A stretch of 64,000 nt of DNA from contig NC_043000.1 in the NCBI RefSeq assembly GCF_006345805.1, positions 105,400,001 to 105,464,000 of the forward strand, read 5' to 3'. Every line of letters starts with the position of its first letter. The stretch's first letter is position 1. Under the pieces are notes generated by a model. That model worked only from the letters and a program-made list of their open reading frames with translations, made no database searches and was not told the origin of the DNA. Positions 40,196-53,824 of this stretch are shown here, piece after piece. The DNA is from Octopus sinensis. Taxonomy: Eukaryota. The translations under genes were made by a program, and so were the position numbers.

Positions 40196-40999
40196 ATGGT
40201 GAATGTAATGGGGTTATGGTGACTGCACTACTATTGCAGTAGTAGTAGTAGTAGTAGTAGTGTGATTTTGACTGTAATTATGTTGTGTTTGTGGTGCCAT
40301 TTTGAGTGTAGTAGTGTTATGGTAGTCGTAATGACGTTATGGAGGATGTAGCAGTGCTATGATGGTTGTGGTAAGTACTAAAGTGACTGTTGTAGTGTTA
40401 CAGTAACTATACTAGTGGTCTCGATTTGACTGTTTTAGCGTTGTGCTTGTGACGTTATTTTCAGTGTAGATGTGTTGTGTTGGTTGTAGTGGTTTTATGG
40501 TGACTGCAGTGGAGATTTGGTGGTTGTATGGACTTTTAACGAAGGTTCTAGATTGTGTTAGTGACCTCTACTCGATGGCAGCCATATCAGTGATTTTCTT
40601 TTTATACATTCACTTCTCTTTATCCTTTTTCTTCTCTTTTTAATTATTTTATTTGTTTAACCATTTGTATGTTTATTTCTATTTTATTTCTATTTTCTGC
40701 TATATGATTATACAAGAAAGCACATTGAGTCTTAATTTTGTAAATTTCAGACTAACTTTACACGCAGCTGTGTTATTATCTGTAATTACCATGCGGGCAA
40801 GTATACGGTCAAATCACAGGTGACGTGTACCAAGTTTCCCAAGTAAAGTTTTAATCATCAATTAATTGGCGTTGATTACGTCAAATTCATTAAAACGAAG
40901 TGCACTCTTTCCATTAATTTCTTAAATTTCTTTCTACCTTCACCTTCGTCCTTTAAATCATTATTTCTTTCCGTCTTCTTCGACTTAATCGTTTATTTT

Positions 41000-41710
41000 T
41001 TTAACACCTTGTCTCTTTTCTTCGTTGTTTTCCTTACATCTCGTCTTCCATTGTTGTTGTTATTGTTGTTGTTGTTGTTCTTGTTCTTCTTCTTCTTCTT
41101 CTTCTCCTTCTTCTTTTCTCCTCCTCCTCCTCCTCCTCCTCCTTCGGGCTCCTGTTCTTTCATCATCACCATCATCATCATCGTCATCATTATCATCGTC
41201 ATCATCATCATCGTCATCATCATTGTCATCACCATCGTCATCGTCTTCCTTTTCCTCTTCTTCATTTTCTTCTCTCCTCCTCCTCTTCTTCATTTTCTTC
41301 TCTCCTTCTTCTCTTCTTCATTTTCTTCTTTCTTCCTCTTCTCCATTTTCTTCGTCTTCGTTTACTTCTTCACTTTCTTCTTCTTCATCATTTTCTTCTT
41401 CCTCTTCTTCATTTTCTTCTTCTTTTTCATTTTCTTCTTCTCTTCTCCCTCTTCTTTTTCTACTTCTTTATCATCCACCTTACCAACTTTTTTCCACCTT
41501 TCTTCTTATGCACTTCTTTCTTTTCTTTTTATTCTTTGTATAAAAATTCGTGTTTTACTTCTCTTCCTTTTCTTCCTTTCTCCTTCACAATTTATTCTTT
41601 CTTCTTCGTTAATTATCTTCTTTCTCTTCACTTTTTTCTTCTTTCTCGTTTTCTTCCCTTCCTTATATTCTTCTTTCTCAACATCATCATCATCATCATC
41701 ATCATCACTA
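41000..41710. repeat. (CTT)/(CAT)/(TTG) low-complexity tract
   Basis: Directly visible. Confidence 0.9.
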
Positions 41711-41882
41711 AAATGATCGTAATATTTCCTTCTTTCTCCCCTCCAACCATTTCCCTTGGACGAACCGCGACAGTTTCTCACAGGGTGCCTCAGCTGCACA
41801 CAGAACCAAACGAGCGTCTTCACAAGTCTCCTACGAAACAAAAGTCTGAGAGAAAGGGAAAAGAAAAATTAAAACAAACAAG

Positions 41883-41946
41883 ATGAATACAAGAGCAACA
41901 GCCCTTCTTCTCTGCTTCTTCATCCTCAATGCAATGGTAACATTCA
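41883..41946 (+). CDS. first coding exon of a secreted protein (signal peptide MNTRATALLLCFFILNAMVTF)
   Basis: A-rich context aaacaagATG; hydrophobic core; canonical donor TCA|gtaagt, phase 1. Confidence 0.6.
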
Positions 41947-42112
41947 GTAAGTATACATGAAAATGCCTCTATCTATCCATGTATATCTACTTGTTTGTCT
42001 GCATATCTATCTATCTTTCTATCTATCTATCTGTCTGTCTGTCTTTATTCTATTTGTAGACCCATCTAGGTATCCCCTTCTCTTTCTTTCTCTCTCTCTC
42101 TCTCTCTCATTC

Positions 42113-42149
<37 letters not shown>

Positions 42150-42624
42150 ATATATATATATCTGTATATATGTATATACATATTTATATATATATTTACT
42201 AGAATATAGCGAATATAGATTCTTATGTATTAAAATAAATACACACACATACCTATATGTGTGTGTGAATGTGTGTGCATGTATGTACGTATGAATGTAT
42301 GCATGTATATACGTATGGTTAACTTTGCCTTACATCCTCCCTGTTGAGCACTGAGGTTCATTTAATCGACTTACCCCTCTCCCGAAATTGCTTGCCTTGT
42401 GCCAAAACTTGAAGCCAATATTTGTGTGTGTATGTGTGCATATATTATTATATATATATGCCAAAATTTGAAACCAATATATATACTCCTTTCTGTGCGA
42501 GTGCATATACTATATATATATATATAAATATAGATATAGATATAGATATATACATGCATACATACACACACGCGCAAGCGCGCGTGTGTGTGTGTGCATC
42601 AATATATAATGGTATCAATATATA

Positions 42625-42851
42625 ATGGTTTCACATTTTGGTACAAGGCTAGCAATTTCGGAGGATGGGTAAGTCAATTACATTGACCCCACCCCCACCC
42701 CTAGTGCTCAACTGGTACTTATTTTATCCACCCAGAAAGGATGAAAGGTAAAGTCGACCTCGCCGAATTTGAACTCAGCATGTAAAGACGGACGAATTGT
42801 CGCTAACCATTTTGGCCAGCATGCTAACAATATTGCCAGCTCACCGCCTTA
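42625..42851 (-). mobile_element. SINE family E
   Basis: ...gccagctcaccgcctt end. Confidence 0.85.
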
Positions 42852-42899
42852 AAGAACTTAAATATTACAATGAAAGAATAATCAACTCTATTAATGATG

Positions 42900-43678
42900 T
42901 GGATCTTTTGAAGACAGTCAATAAACACAAAGCCTTTTGCATCCGAAAAATCTGAGGCCGTCAGCTTCCTTACAGATGAAACGACCTTGGCCTTCTTTGG
43001 AGCGGGTGAGGAGGGGTGTTTCCACTGTACGGATTGTTTCTTCGTCTCTTGCTCAAAGTGATGAACCCAACACTCTTCCTGGCTTAGGAAACGTTCAAGA
43101 AATCCAAAAGGATTTGAAGCAATGCATCGGTCCAGACGCGTTTTCCACTATCCGAAGCAATCCTGGTACTCTTGCGAAATGATGCTTTTAACGCCTCCGT
43201 CGTTTTTTTCTTCACCTCTTCCACATCTGCAATTTCCGTAACACCAGCTTTCATCACCAGTGATGACCTTCGAAAAAACAGTTCCTATCAACTTCCAATT
43301 GTTCTTTCAGTTCACAACACGCATTCAGTCGCGAATGCTTTTGATCTCCCGTGAGCAAGCAAGGAACAAATTTGTGTTTTGCTCATGGCAGCGTCCTTGT
43401 AAGCTGTTTGAATCATGACAACTGTTTCGACCGCTGTTTTCCCCAGTAGAAAACAGATTTTCACGGAAGTACGCTGTTCTCTCGTTTCAGCCATCGCAAA
43501 AATCGACGAACAGGGTAGGTGCACTACAAAACAAGGGCGCACTTCGTAGCAATACGACTTCAGCCGACGTGCGATCGGCAGACTGGTGCCTGAGGGTTGC
43601 ATCAAGTAGCTTCTAGCCTGAACTACTACGGATTTGTCCTACAAAGAACATTTCCGGTTACTTTTGGGTAGCCCTCGT
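42900..43678 (-). mobile_element. mariner transposon, 5' part, decayed
   Basis: EQRTSVKICFLLGKTAVETVVMIQTAYKDAAMSKTQ; TIR cgagggctacccaaaag. Confidence 0.85.
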
Positions 43679-43842
43679 TTGACATATATCTACATTACAA
43701 TTAGAATATGTGCAAATATAATAAAATAAAATAAATCAGTACGTAAAAATTTGATATAAGGTGTTATAAGCTCAGCAAAAAACTAGGAATGTTTCTACAT
43801 ATTCCAACAGTACCGGGTACCTTTGCTAATGTGTGTGTGTGT

Positions 43843-43877
<35 letters not shown>

Positions 43878-44931
43878 TCAATTATGGATTAGAAGCAGCG
43901 CCAGTGCTGTAAAATTATCGACTACACGTTCAATGTATGTGTTTTGCTTGTTAGCTGGTACACTGCGTTCTAGCGCGATGGGGAATGACTCCCTCGAAGT
44001 TTTAAAACACCTGAAAATTATAGACAGCCGAGACAACCCTCCCTAATCTCATTCGGGAGCGAGGGATACCGATACTTTGCCATTTTTGTAGCTTATCAAC
44101 ATCACATACCAGAATCGAACCAGGGACACTCCTTCATAGTCAGCCTATGAACTTCTCAGCCCACCCTCATACTAACTTCCCGGAAATATTGTATTTAAAT
44201 TGATGAATTTTAATGAAGACATGTTTTGTCAATTAGGCATCTTTCATCCGGTAAGAATCATGTGCTGATATGTCACGACGATACATACGTAAGATTGAAT
44301 TCAATTACGAATTAAAAGCAGCGCTAGTGTTGTAAGTATTATCGTCTGCATATAGTCAAGGTATATGTTTTGCTTGTTCGCCGGTACGCTGCGGTTTAGT
44401 GCGGTGGGAGTAACGCCCTCAAAGGACTGGGTGTTAAAACGCCTGAATGTCATATTTATACATATATATAAAGAGTAAGAGAGAGTAAGAGAGAGTCAGA
44501 CTCAGTGACAGAGGCAGATCGCATGTATTTAGTGATAAAACTTTCTACAAATACGTTTCAGGTGATGTAGATTGCCATTATATCAGAATTTGTGTTGAAA
44601 AACGTTTTGTGGGAGGAGTTTCGGATAATTCACACATCTCAATTTCCTTTCCTTACAGCTTTCAGGAAAATGGATCTTTAGAATATTCTCTACAAACAAC
44701 TTTCAGGTGGCTTAGATTACGATTATATAAGAGTATATAATGTGAAAAAAAACGCATGATTTTGTTTCCTCATCGTTTTGGTGACTAAATTACAATTATG
44801 CGGAAAAAATAAATTACTTTTAAGACTCATGTGATCCCTGATATATTTCAAGCATTCTAAACGGTGACGTAGAGGATGAACTACCTTTGGGTGTGTTTAA
44901 AAAAGGGAGGTTAAAACTGCAATAATATAAT

Positions 44932-45362
44932 CTTTTCTACTCTAGGCACAAGGCCTGAAATTTTGGGTGAGGGGGCCAGACGATTAGATCGACCCCAGTA
45001 CGCAACTAGTTCTTAATTTATCGACCCCGAAAGGATGAAAGGCAAAGTCAACTTCGGCGGAATTTGAACTCAGAACGTAAAGACAGACTAAATACCGCAA
45101 AGCATTTCGCCCAGCGTGCTAACGTTTCTGCCAGTTCGCCGCCTTTATAATCTTTTCTATCAAGGCACAAGGTCTTAATTTTGGGGGAGGGGCCGGTCGA
45201 TTAGATTGACTCCAGTATGCAACTGCTACTTAATTTATCGACCCCGAAAGGATGAAAAGCAAAGTCGACCTCGGCGGAATTTGAAGTCAGAACGTAAAGA
45301 CAGGCGAAATACTGCTAAGCATTTCGCCCAGCGTGCTAACGTTTCTGCCAGCTCGCCACCAT
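44932..45362 (-). mobile_element. two tandem SINE E copies within one 14-bp TSD
   Basis: TSD tgcaataatataat at 44918-44931 and 45365-45378. Confidence 0.9.
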
Positions 45363-46083
45363 ATTGCAATAATATAATGAAAGAAATAGGCATTCAATAA
45401 TTACTTTCAGTGTATTATTCCCTTTTCTACAAAGATTTCTTTCAGAAAATTTTCGGGAAAGGACAGAATAGTACTCAGTTTTTTTTTAATGTAATTATAA
45501 TACAATTATCAAAACATATGAGGAAAACAAAGTCCGTTGGGAATGCTTAGAATATCTTTCTTCCCAATTTTCTTCACATTAAATTCCGATGCAACTGTAA
45601 TCTATACCATCAGAAAAGTATTTGTAAAAAGATTATTAGAAAATACCCATTTTCCTGAAAGTTAAGTGTATACAAAACCGAGGGTGCATTTCTATAGTTA
45701 TGCCCAATTGACGTAAGTTAATTAAAGCTAGTGTTTATATTAGGGGGTTGTTTTTTTTTCCATTTCTTCAACAACACCCTAAAAATATGAAAGGAGACTG
45801 AAATCAGCATAATTTAGTTGACACTGCATTAAACTTATAAGTTTTTAGTGAGTAGGGTTGCAAATATTTGAGCTGTTTGAATGTTTCAATCGTTAAAAAA
45901 CACACTACCCCGCAGTAAATTGAAATGTCGCATTGAATGATAAACCACATTTTGATAAATATATATATATCCTTCTTCCATTTTCCTGAGCGCCTAATAA
46001 TAATAATACTGTAATTGTTCCACGTGTTGTTGTTTTTTCTGTTTTCCCGTTTGGATTAACCTTATATATATATATATATATAT

Positions 46084-47165
46084 ATGTTAATAAAATAGAA
46101 CATATGCATATATATAAACATATATGTACGTACCTACCTCTACATGTACATATACACGCATATATGTGTACAGGACACCAAAAAGACGTCGAACACATAG
46201 AGAGACGAAAAACATAGACACAAACCAAGGAACAGGACAAGCAAAAAAAAAAAAAAGAGATACAGGACAATAAGCACAACGAAAAATCCCCTTCTTCAGT
46301 CGCTAAGGTTTCATCTACTCTACGTTTCGAAGGATAAAAGCGAGACGTATACTTCGAAGAAACTTCCTTCCTGCGAAAAGCAAATCAATTAAAATTCTGA
46401 GATCTTTTCGCAGAGGGGTAAAAAATGGTAAAAAAAAGCAAGACGGTAACGACAGTACAAACATATAAACAGTAAAAAAAAAATTATATATAAACAGGTG
46501 AAAAATAAATATATAACAGTGAGAGACAGGACAAGGAGAACAAGATAAGAAGGGCTGTTTACACCAGACGAAAAAAGTAATGCAAACGCTGGATTATAGT
46601 GGACGACGAGAGAGAAAGAATGTCGACCAGTGGCCTTAGAAGGCGGGCGAGAAAAGACAGGATAGCAGTTACGACGGAAGTATCGTCGCAGATGGACGAC
46701 GGGAATGGGGGAGGAGGAGCAAGAGGAAGAGAGAGAAGAAGGGGAATGGTGCGAGGAGACCATGAAGAATGGTGAGGGGGAGAGAGAGAATGAAGAATGA
46801 GAGAGAGAGGAAGAGACAAGTTAAGTGAGGGAAAAAGGACGAAAAAGGGAATGGGAGAGAAAGAAAGATGCAGAGTCGCGTGAGAGTTAATATCAAGGCT
46901 AACTTGATAAACAGAACAATCTTACTTAATAGGGTGCGTGCGTTTAGTCGTATAATATGTTAATAAAATAGAACATATGCATATATATAAACATATATGT
47001 ACGTACCTACCTCTACATGTACATATACACGCATATATGTGTACAGGACACCAAAAAGACGTCGAACACATAGAGAGACGAAAAACATAGACACAAACCA
47101 AGGAACAGGACAAGCAAAAAAGAAAAAAAAAAGAGATACAGGACAATAAGCACAACGAAAAATCC
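46084..47165 (-). mobile_element. 1.1-kb element in (TA)n with ~205-bp near-identical direct repeats (PLE pseudo-LTR-like)
   Basis: 46084-46289 is nearly identical to 46957-47165; homologous to 23392-23566. Confidence 0.65.
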
Positions 47166-47166
47166 T

Positions 47167-47252
<86 letters not shown>

Positions 47253-47552
47253 CTGGAATTTATCAAAATTTTCCAATAGTTTCTTTCTTTAAAAATGACA
47301 TAATTCCAACTAATTCATTAGCAGCTTTCTCCATTATAATATGTGTGTGCTTGTGTGCTTGTGTGTGAGAGATATGTGTTTGCGTGTGTATGTGTGTGTA
47401 TGTGTGCATATTGTAGTGTAAGTGGGTGAATATTCCACAGACACTTTTACCCTTAACGTAATCATCAGGCGGGGTAGAAAGAAGCAACGTAATGTCGTAT
47501 GTGACAAAGCTGGCGGGACCTTCGAATCATGTGTTCATGACTCATATATGTC

Positions 47553-47595
<43 letters not shown>

Positions 47596-47599
47596 GGGG

Positions 47600-48553
47600 G
47601 ATGAGGGACAATGTTGATGCCCATTTTTGTCGAGTAGTTACCATGATGAAATTGTCCAGGTGCATGTGCTACCAACCCTAGTGGAAGAACTCTGGCCTTT
47701 CCACAAAATACTCTTTGTTAACTGTCTGGCCAGAAGGAACCCGGTGGATATAGATGACTCCCTCGCAGTCAAAAAAAAGGGGGATTGTTATGATCATACT
47801 GGTGGACTTGCTTTGCCTGGCCTTCTTGGGTCTGAGGGACTCAGGATGCTTTCCTTGAGTACTCTGTCTCTTGGTCTCTGAATCATAACAATAGATCCAG
47901 CTTTCGTCACAGGTCACCAGAGACTCTAGTACTCTTGGATTGGAGTAATGAACTCAGCCATTTCCTGCTGCCACCAATGTGTCTTTTTTTCTGTTCGTCA
48001 CCGAGCACACTGTAAACCAACTTTGAACAAATTTTGCGCACGTTCAGATCCTCATGAATAATTCGGAGTACAGTTGCCACACCAACTCCAGACTTATTAT
48101 CTCTATAGACACATAACGATCTTTTTTTCAGAAAATTGCGTTATTTTCTCAACCAGCTGATTATTCTGACGTCGTTCTACCTTCGACTTCTCTCCTTGTC
48201 TCTCTCCTCCTCCCCGCCCACCGTTCTAGAACCGCTTGCGCCAGCGATAAACGAATGCGCAGCTCGTAAGCAGTTTGAAGCATTTCATAAGTTTCTCTAG
48301 CGTTTTTTGCCTAGTTGAACGCAAAAGTTTATTGCATAGCGAGCTTCCAAATTGTCTTCACGTCCCGACTGCATTCTGCAAACTAGACAACTGTGACAAG
48401 CAATGGGATGAATCCAACGTGCCTTTAACAGCCGTCTCCTTCAATCCGGAATTTTAAAAAATTGCCAGGTCAGATGAAGAGTAATGATATACTAAAATAA
48501 CAATAATCTGCCTCTCCTAAATAAGTCTCACAAGTTCTGGGATGTACCTCGTA
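47600..48553 (-). mobile_element. mariner transposon fragment
   Basis: VTCDESWIYCYDSETKRQS..PKKARQSKS..FFDCEGVI..VPSGQTVNKEY; TIR tacgaggtacatccc. Confidence 0.9.
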
Positions 48554-48574
48554 AACATACATAAATATATACAT

Positions 48575-48737
48575 ACGACGGGCTTCTTTCAGTTTCCGTC
48601 AACCAAATCTACTCACAAGGCTTTAGTTGACCCCACCCTATAGCAGAAGACACTTGTCCAAGGTGCCACGCAGTAGGACTGAACCCGGAACCATGTGGCT
48701 GGGAGGCAAGTTTCTTACCACACAGCACTCCTTCGCC
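48575..48737 (-). mobile_element. SINE family A, 5' half
   Basis: gacgggcttctttcagtttccgtc...cttaccacacagcactcc. Confidence 0.85.
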
Positions 48738-48860
48738 TGACAGCCACATATATGTATAAAACGGGAAGCTTTATGAAAATAAACAAAAGACGAAGGCAGG
48801 TGGAATACAACAAACAAACAACTGTATTAGTATGGCGCTCAGGAATATAAATAAAACAAG

Positions 48861-48898
48861 TCTTTTACGTTTCGAACCTACGCTCTTCAACAGAAAGA
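48861..48898 (-). ncRNA. minimal type-I hammerhead-like motif (A6>U) in a PLE remnant at 48760-48975
   Basis: UCUUU CUGUUGA A GAGC guag GUUC GAAA CG UA AAAGA. Confidence 0.5.
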
Positions 48899-49275
48899 TA
48901 CACAGAAAAGAAACACGGAGAGAAACAAGGAGAGAAAAAAATGCGTGCAGAAGCTAGCGAATCAACATGGCGATCTGTATATAGTACATGTAAATAATAT
49001 GCATGCCGCATTTACATAGACATTCCTGATTCACTCGTTTCTCCTCTTCTTTTTACCCTTTGCCCAGCACTAATCGTTATGCTCAATCTTTCCTTTCTTA
49101 GTGTTGGCCCCTCTCTATTTGTCGAACTGTTTAAAGTTACAAGAAAACTCGAGACACAATATTTTTGACGTTTTCCACCGAACACAAAATTTTTGTATTA
49201 TTGAAATCGAACTCAGAAGAATGTGGCTGCAAAGCGAACATATTCACCATGTACAAAGACCATTCCTGCGCCCTG

Positions 49276-49360
<85 letters not shown>

Positions 49361-49479
49361 GATTCTACGTTCAAGTGCTTTATGATCGGAAGCTATTGGT
49401 ATGTATGTATGTATGTATGTATGTATGTATGTATGTACGTATTATGTATGTGCCTCTGTGCGTGTGTGTGTGTGTATGT

Positions 49480-49862
49480 GTGTAGCAAGGAGCTTGCTTC
49501 CCAGCCACATGGTTACAGGTTCAGTCCCATTGCATGGCACTTTTGGGCAAGTGTTTTCTACTATATCCTCACGCCGACCAAAGTCTTGTGAGTGTATTTG
49601 GTAGAGGGAAATTAAAAGAAGCCAGTCGTATAATATATATATGTGTGTCTGTCTGTCTGTCTGTCTGCCTGTGTCTGTGTCTGTGTTTGTCTGTCTGTCT
49701 GTGTTTGTCGCTTGAAAACTGATGCTGGTATGTTCAAGTCCCTGTGTAACTTAGCGGTTCGGCAAAAAAAAAGAGACCGATAAAGTACTTGGCTCACAAA
49801 GAGTAAGTCCTGGGATCGAGGCCGCAGTCAGATGACTGAAACAAGTAAAAGAATAAAAGAAT
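49480..49862 (+). mobile_element. SINE family A
   Basis: ttgcttcccagccacatgg..gactgaaacaagtaaaagaataaaaga. Confidence 0.85.
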
Positions 49863-49905
49863 ACGTGTGTGTGTGTGTATGTGTGTGTGTGCGGGCGGCA
49901 TATAT

Positions 49906-49955
<50 letters not shown>

Positions 49956-50329
49956 TGATGTATATAATATATGTATATATTGATGTATGTGTGTGTAATA
50001 TACATAGATGTATGCATGTATGTATGTTATTATATATGTATATACATAATCATATTCTCATATTCACACTATATAATAAATAATATATTATAATTAATAT
50101 ATATATATATTTATATATAATATATTTATTATTTTATACGTTCTTCATACATACGTGTGTGTCAAAAAATAAATAGCAGCAGCAGCCAGCCAAGACTATT
50201 TTTTTTCTCCACATACGACGACTAAGTAACAATACTGATATCAAGGAACTGGTGTCGCTAAAATGGCTATAAATATAAACGTGACGATGCCAGTTGTCTG
50301 CGTAAGTTGCTGTTTGTGTGTCCACTACG

Positions 50330-50489
50330 GCTATTACTAGCAACTCCAACGCTACTGCTAATACTACTAGTACTACTACTACTATGGTGTGTATTATCCC
50401 ATTGCTTACTACTACTACTACTACTCATCACTTACTACTACTATTAGTAATACTACTATTAGTATTACTAGTATTATCACAACCTTCAT

Positions 50490-50524
<35 letters not shown>

Positions 50525-50997
50525 AGTAGTAGTAGTAATACTACTACTACTACTAACTAGTAGTAATGGTAGTAGTAGTAGTAGTAGTAGTAGTAGTATC
50601 ACTACCTTCATTACTACTACTACTATTACCACTAATATTAACCTGCTGCCATTACCTCTGTGACTACTACTACTATTACTACAAACTAGTATAAAACGGC
50701 TGTTGTCAATACTGCTGCTACAACTATTATTATTACTATTATTACTACCACGAAGACGGCTACTACTACTACTACTAATACGAATATTAATACTGATGCT
50801 AATACTAATACTTATTGCTGCAACTAGTTCTATTATTACTGCATCAACTATCACTTCTACTACCACTGCATCTTGTGCTGCTGCTGCTACTACTGCTACT
50901 ATTACTACTACATCAACACCCACTACTATTACCACTGCTACTACTTCTGCTGCTGCTGCTGCTGCTACTACATCAAACACCACTGCTATTATCTCTG

Positions 50998-51028
<31 letters not shown>

Positions 51029-51183
51029 ATCAACAACTACTGCTATTTACCACTGCTACTACTACTTCATCAATAACCACTGTTATTATCACCACTACTA
51101 CTACTATTATTTTTACTACTACCGCCACCAAACTCCCACTGCTACTACTATTGCTGTTGTTGCTACTACTACTACTACTACTA

Positions 51184-51214
<31 letters not shown>

Positions 51215-51215
51215 G
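50330..51215. repeat. (CTA)/(GCT) low-complexity tract
   Basis: Directly visible. Confidence 0.9.
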
Positions 51216-51416
51216 GTGGTAGAAATTCAGAATCGGTTGAGCATCAAGTTAAAAAGCATATTTTGCTGTGACTTCCCTTTACGTTCTGAGTTTAAATGGT
51301 TCTGGATCTGATTTTTGTTTTTTAACCCCTTCATTCTTCTCCTTCAATCGATTATGAAAACAGGTGTCAAATAATATGCTGTTCCGATATACATGATCGA
51401 TATTGCTTCTATTCCC

Positions 51417-51561
51417 TGGAGATTACATCAGGGTAGTAATCTCCAGGGATACAGGCATCCAGCAACAGGACCTCCGTAATGCCATGATGGACCGTGAAGT
51501 CTGGCGTAGCATGGTAAATTCCATTGTCTCGACCACCGTCGAACAATGATGATGATGATGA
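51417..51561 (+). mobile_element. RTE LINE extreme 3' end with (GAT)n tail, 5' inversion and 13-bp TSD
   Basis: VISRDTGIQQQDLRNAMMDREVWRSMV..*; TSD tgcttctattccc at 51404-51416 and 51562-51574. Confidence 0.85.
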
Positions 51562-52815
51562 TGCTTCTATTCCCAGTCATTAGTCGCGTCGTTATGATCG
51601 AGGTGGTGCTTCAGCATGGCCGCAGCCTGATACGAGTAAAAGTGGGGGTGGCTTCGGGGCGGTAGAGACGGTGGTATTGGCGGTGATGGTAGTGGTGGTG
51701 GCGGCGGTGGTGGTGGTGGTTTCGGCAACGGCGGCTGTGGCAGTGGTGCTGGTGGTGCTAGTGGTGCGGTGATGGTGCTGGTGATGATGGTGGTGATGAT
51801 GATGGTGGGGGGAAGTGCTGCTGCTGCGAAAGAACTCTTCCCTGGAGAACAATATATGATCTCACAGAAACAAAGAGTAAAATAAAAAAGATAATAATTA
51901 TAAATGGAAGCGTTGTTACCGAATCGCCTACACAAAAGGCCATTCTTTCTTCCTAGTTGCATAACGTAAAGTAACGCATTGTGTACCATGTGCCAGACAC
52001 AAAGAGATGTATATTTAAGACAGGAATTATAATCCTAAACAGATCGATGCTAATCTTCCTTACTGTCGCAATCCACATTACACGTGGAATGCGACAATAA
52101 GGAGACTTCACATCGTATGTGAAGTTCTCTTTGCCGTAGTTTATCAAATTATTGTTTATGCCAGTGATTCTTAACCTTTGTGATAGCGCCCACTTGGGAG
52201 CGTAGTAAACTCACAAACAGGAAGTGAAGGAAATGTGAAGGGACAACAAATTACAAGAGGGGACAAGGATCGTGGTATACTTATATTATATAATCTTTGT
52301 CAAATTAAATTATGAATAGGATATTGTTTTATCAGTAAGCAGAAACTGGATTGATGATGCTCGAAGGTCCATTATATATAAGTTCTCGCTTTCATGAGTA
52401 ATTTCATTCAAAATTAACATAGAAATGCACTAACTCACTCAAATGTCAAAAAAAAAATTGTTTTAAAGAGAGAGCGCGATACATTTTGGATTGGATAACA
52501 AAAAAATATGGATAATAATAAACCACTGCTTAAGATTTTTTATTTTTTATTTATTAAAGTAATCTTCATTGGGTTGAACGTTTGTAAAGCGCTTATCAAG
52601 GAAACAGGGTGGTGAGGTACAAAACGTGTCGAAATCCACGAGTGTGAGCTTATTTACTCGAGCCCTTCATGTCGTGCCCCAGTATGGGTGCAGTCAAAGG
52701 ACTAAAACAAGTAAAAGAATAAAAGAATGGAAAATGGAGTTTTATTCGAAAGCTATTTCGCTGCTGGTTCTAGCTGTTCAAAAGATCACGAAAAAACTCC
52801 TTCTTTGGCTCATGA

Positions 52816-53664
52816 TACGAGGTGAGCACAAATTGTATCCGAATTATTTCTTCCCGCCAAAACTAATGCTGCGTGGGTAAAATCCTTTGGGTGGGAGGTG
52901 ATGCCACCCTTCCTGCGCATGCAGGGAAATTTTCGCGCTGTTATACTTAAAGTACAAACGTGTAGTGCGCGCCCGTCGGATTTTCACATTCAGAGGTCGT
53001 AACCATAAACACATATCTTATCAACAGTGGTTATGTTCTTCATGAAGTTTGGTCGTGGTTTGCACAGTCCAACATATCCTGAACGATTTACATGCGAAGT
53101 TGCTTGTGCTGCTCCACCAGCACATTATGGACGAATTTCGCCGACACTCCATATGCACAAATCCTCTGTTAAAATGGAAAACACTGTTCCTGTGCTTATT
53201 CCCATTTCGTGAGCAATTTCCTAGATTGTAACACAGCGATCTTCTATGACTATTCGCCGAACCTTCTCAAACGTCTCCACGTTTCCGTTTGCGAATGGCC
53301 TGCCTAAGCTTGCATAACTCTTAACTGAGGCACGGTCATGTTTGAAGCGATTATATGAGTCCTTGATCAGAGCCTTGCCCATGGCATCATTGCCGAAGGC
53401 TGAATTTTTTGAATGGTTTGAGCTTGAGTATCACCAAGCTTTTGGCAAAACTTGTTGCAATATCTCTCGTCGATGAAAACGAAAACCCAACGAGCACACA
53501 CTACACACCTGTGCTCTACGCGTAACATAGGAACTGATGAAGCCTACCGGCGCGAAAATTTTCGAGCAGGCGCAGGAAGGGTAGCGTCACCCGAAAGACT
53601 CTGCCCGTGTGGTATTAGTTTTGGCGAGGAAAATATAGTCGGAAACTTTTTGAACACACCTCTT
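52816..53664 (-). mobile_element. internally deleted mariner with ~125-bp imperfect terminal inverted repeats
   Basis: tacgaggtg..cgccaaaactaat..cccttcctgcgc / gcgcaggaaggg..attagttttggcg..cacctc; RYCNKFCQKLGDTQAQTIQKIQ. Confidence 0.85.
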
Positions 53665-53824
53665 TAAACTTATTTGAACTGAACCGCTGATATCATGGCT
53701 GTTTGTAAGGTACTTTGTGTGAATATTGAAAGACGTGGATACTCCCATCTAAGCAGGTCAATTTATATCAAAACAACCACTAAAACCAATTGTTTTTCTC
53801 TCTCTTTCTCACTCTCTTATACAG

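Noticed and set aside
41750-41845. Minus-strand exon after the acceptor ttttccctttctctcag
   Set aside because: Only one uninformative frame is open; the plus-strand signal-peptide model explains the region better, though this is not excluded
50190-50306. Possible exon ending ctgc|gtaagt
   Set aside because: No convincing acceptor, and it is not needed for the phase-compatible 41946->53825 join
52162-52528. hAT/Charlie-like ends cagtgatt...aaccactg
   Set aside because: TIR match is short and there is no 8-bp TSD
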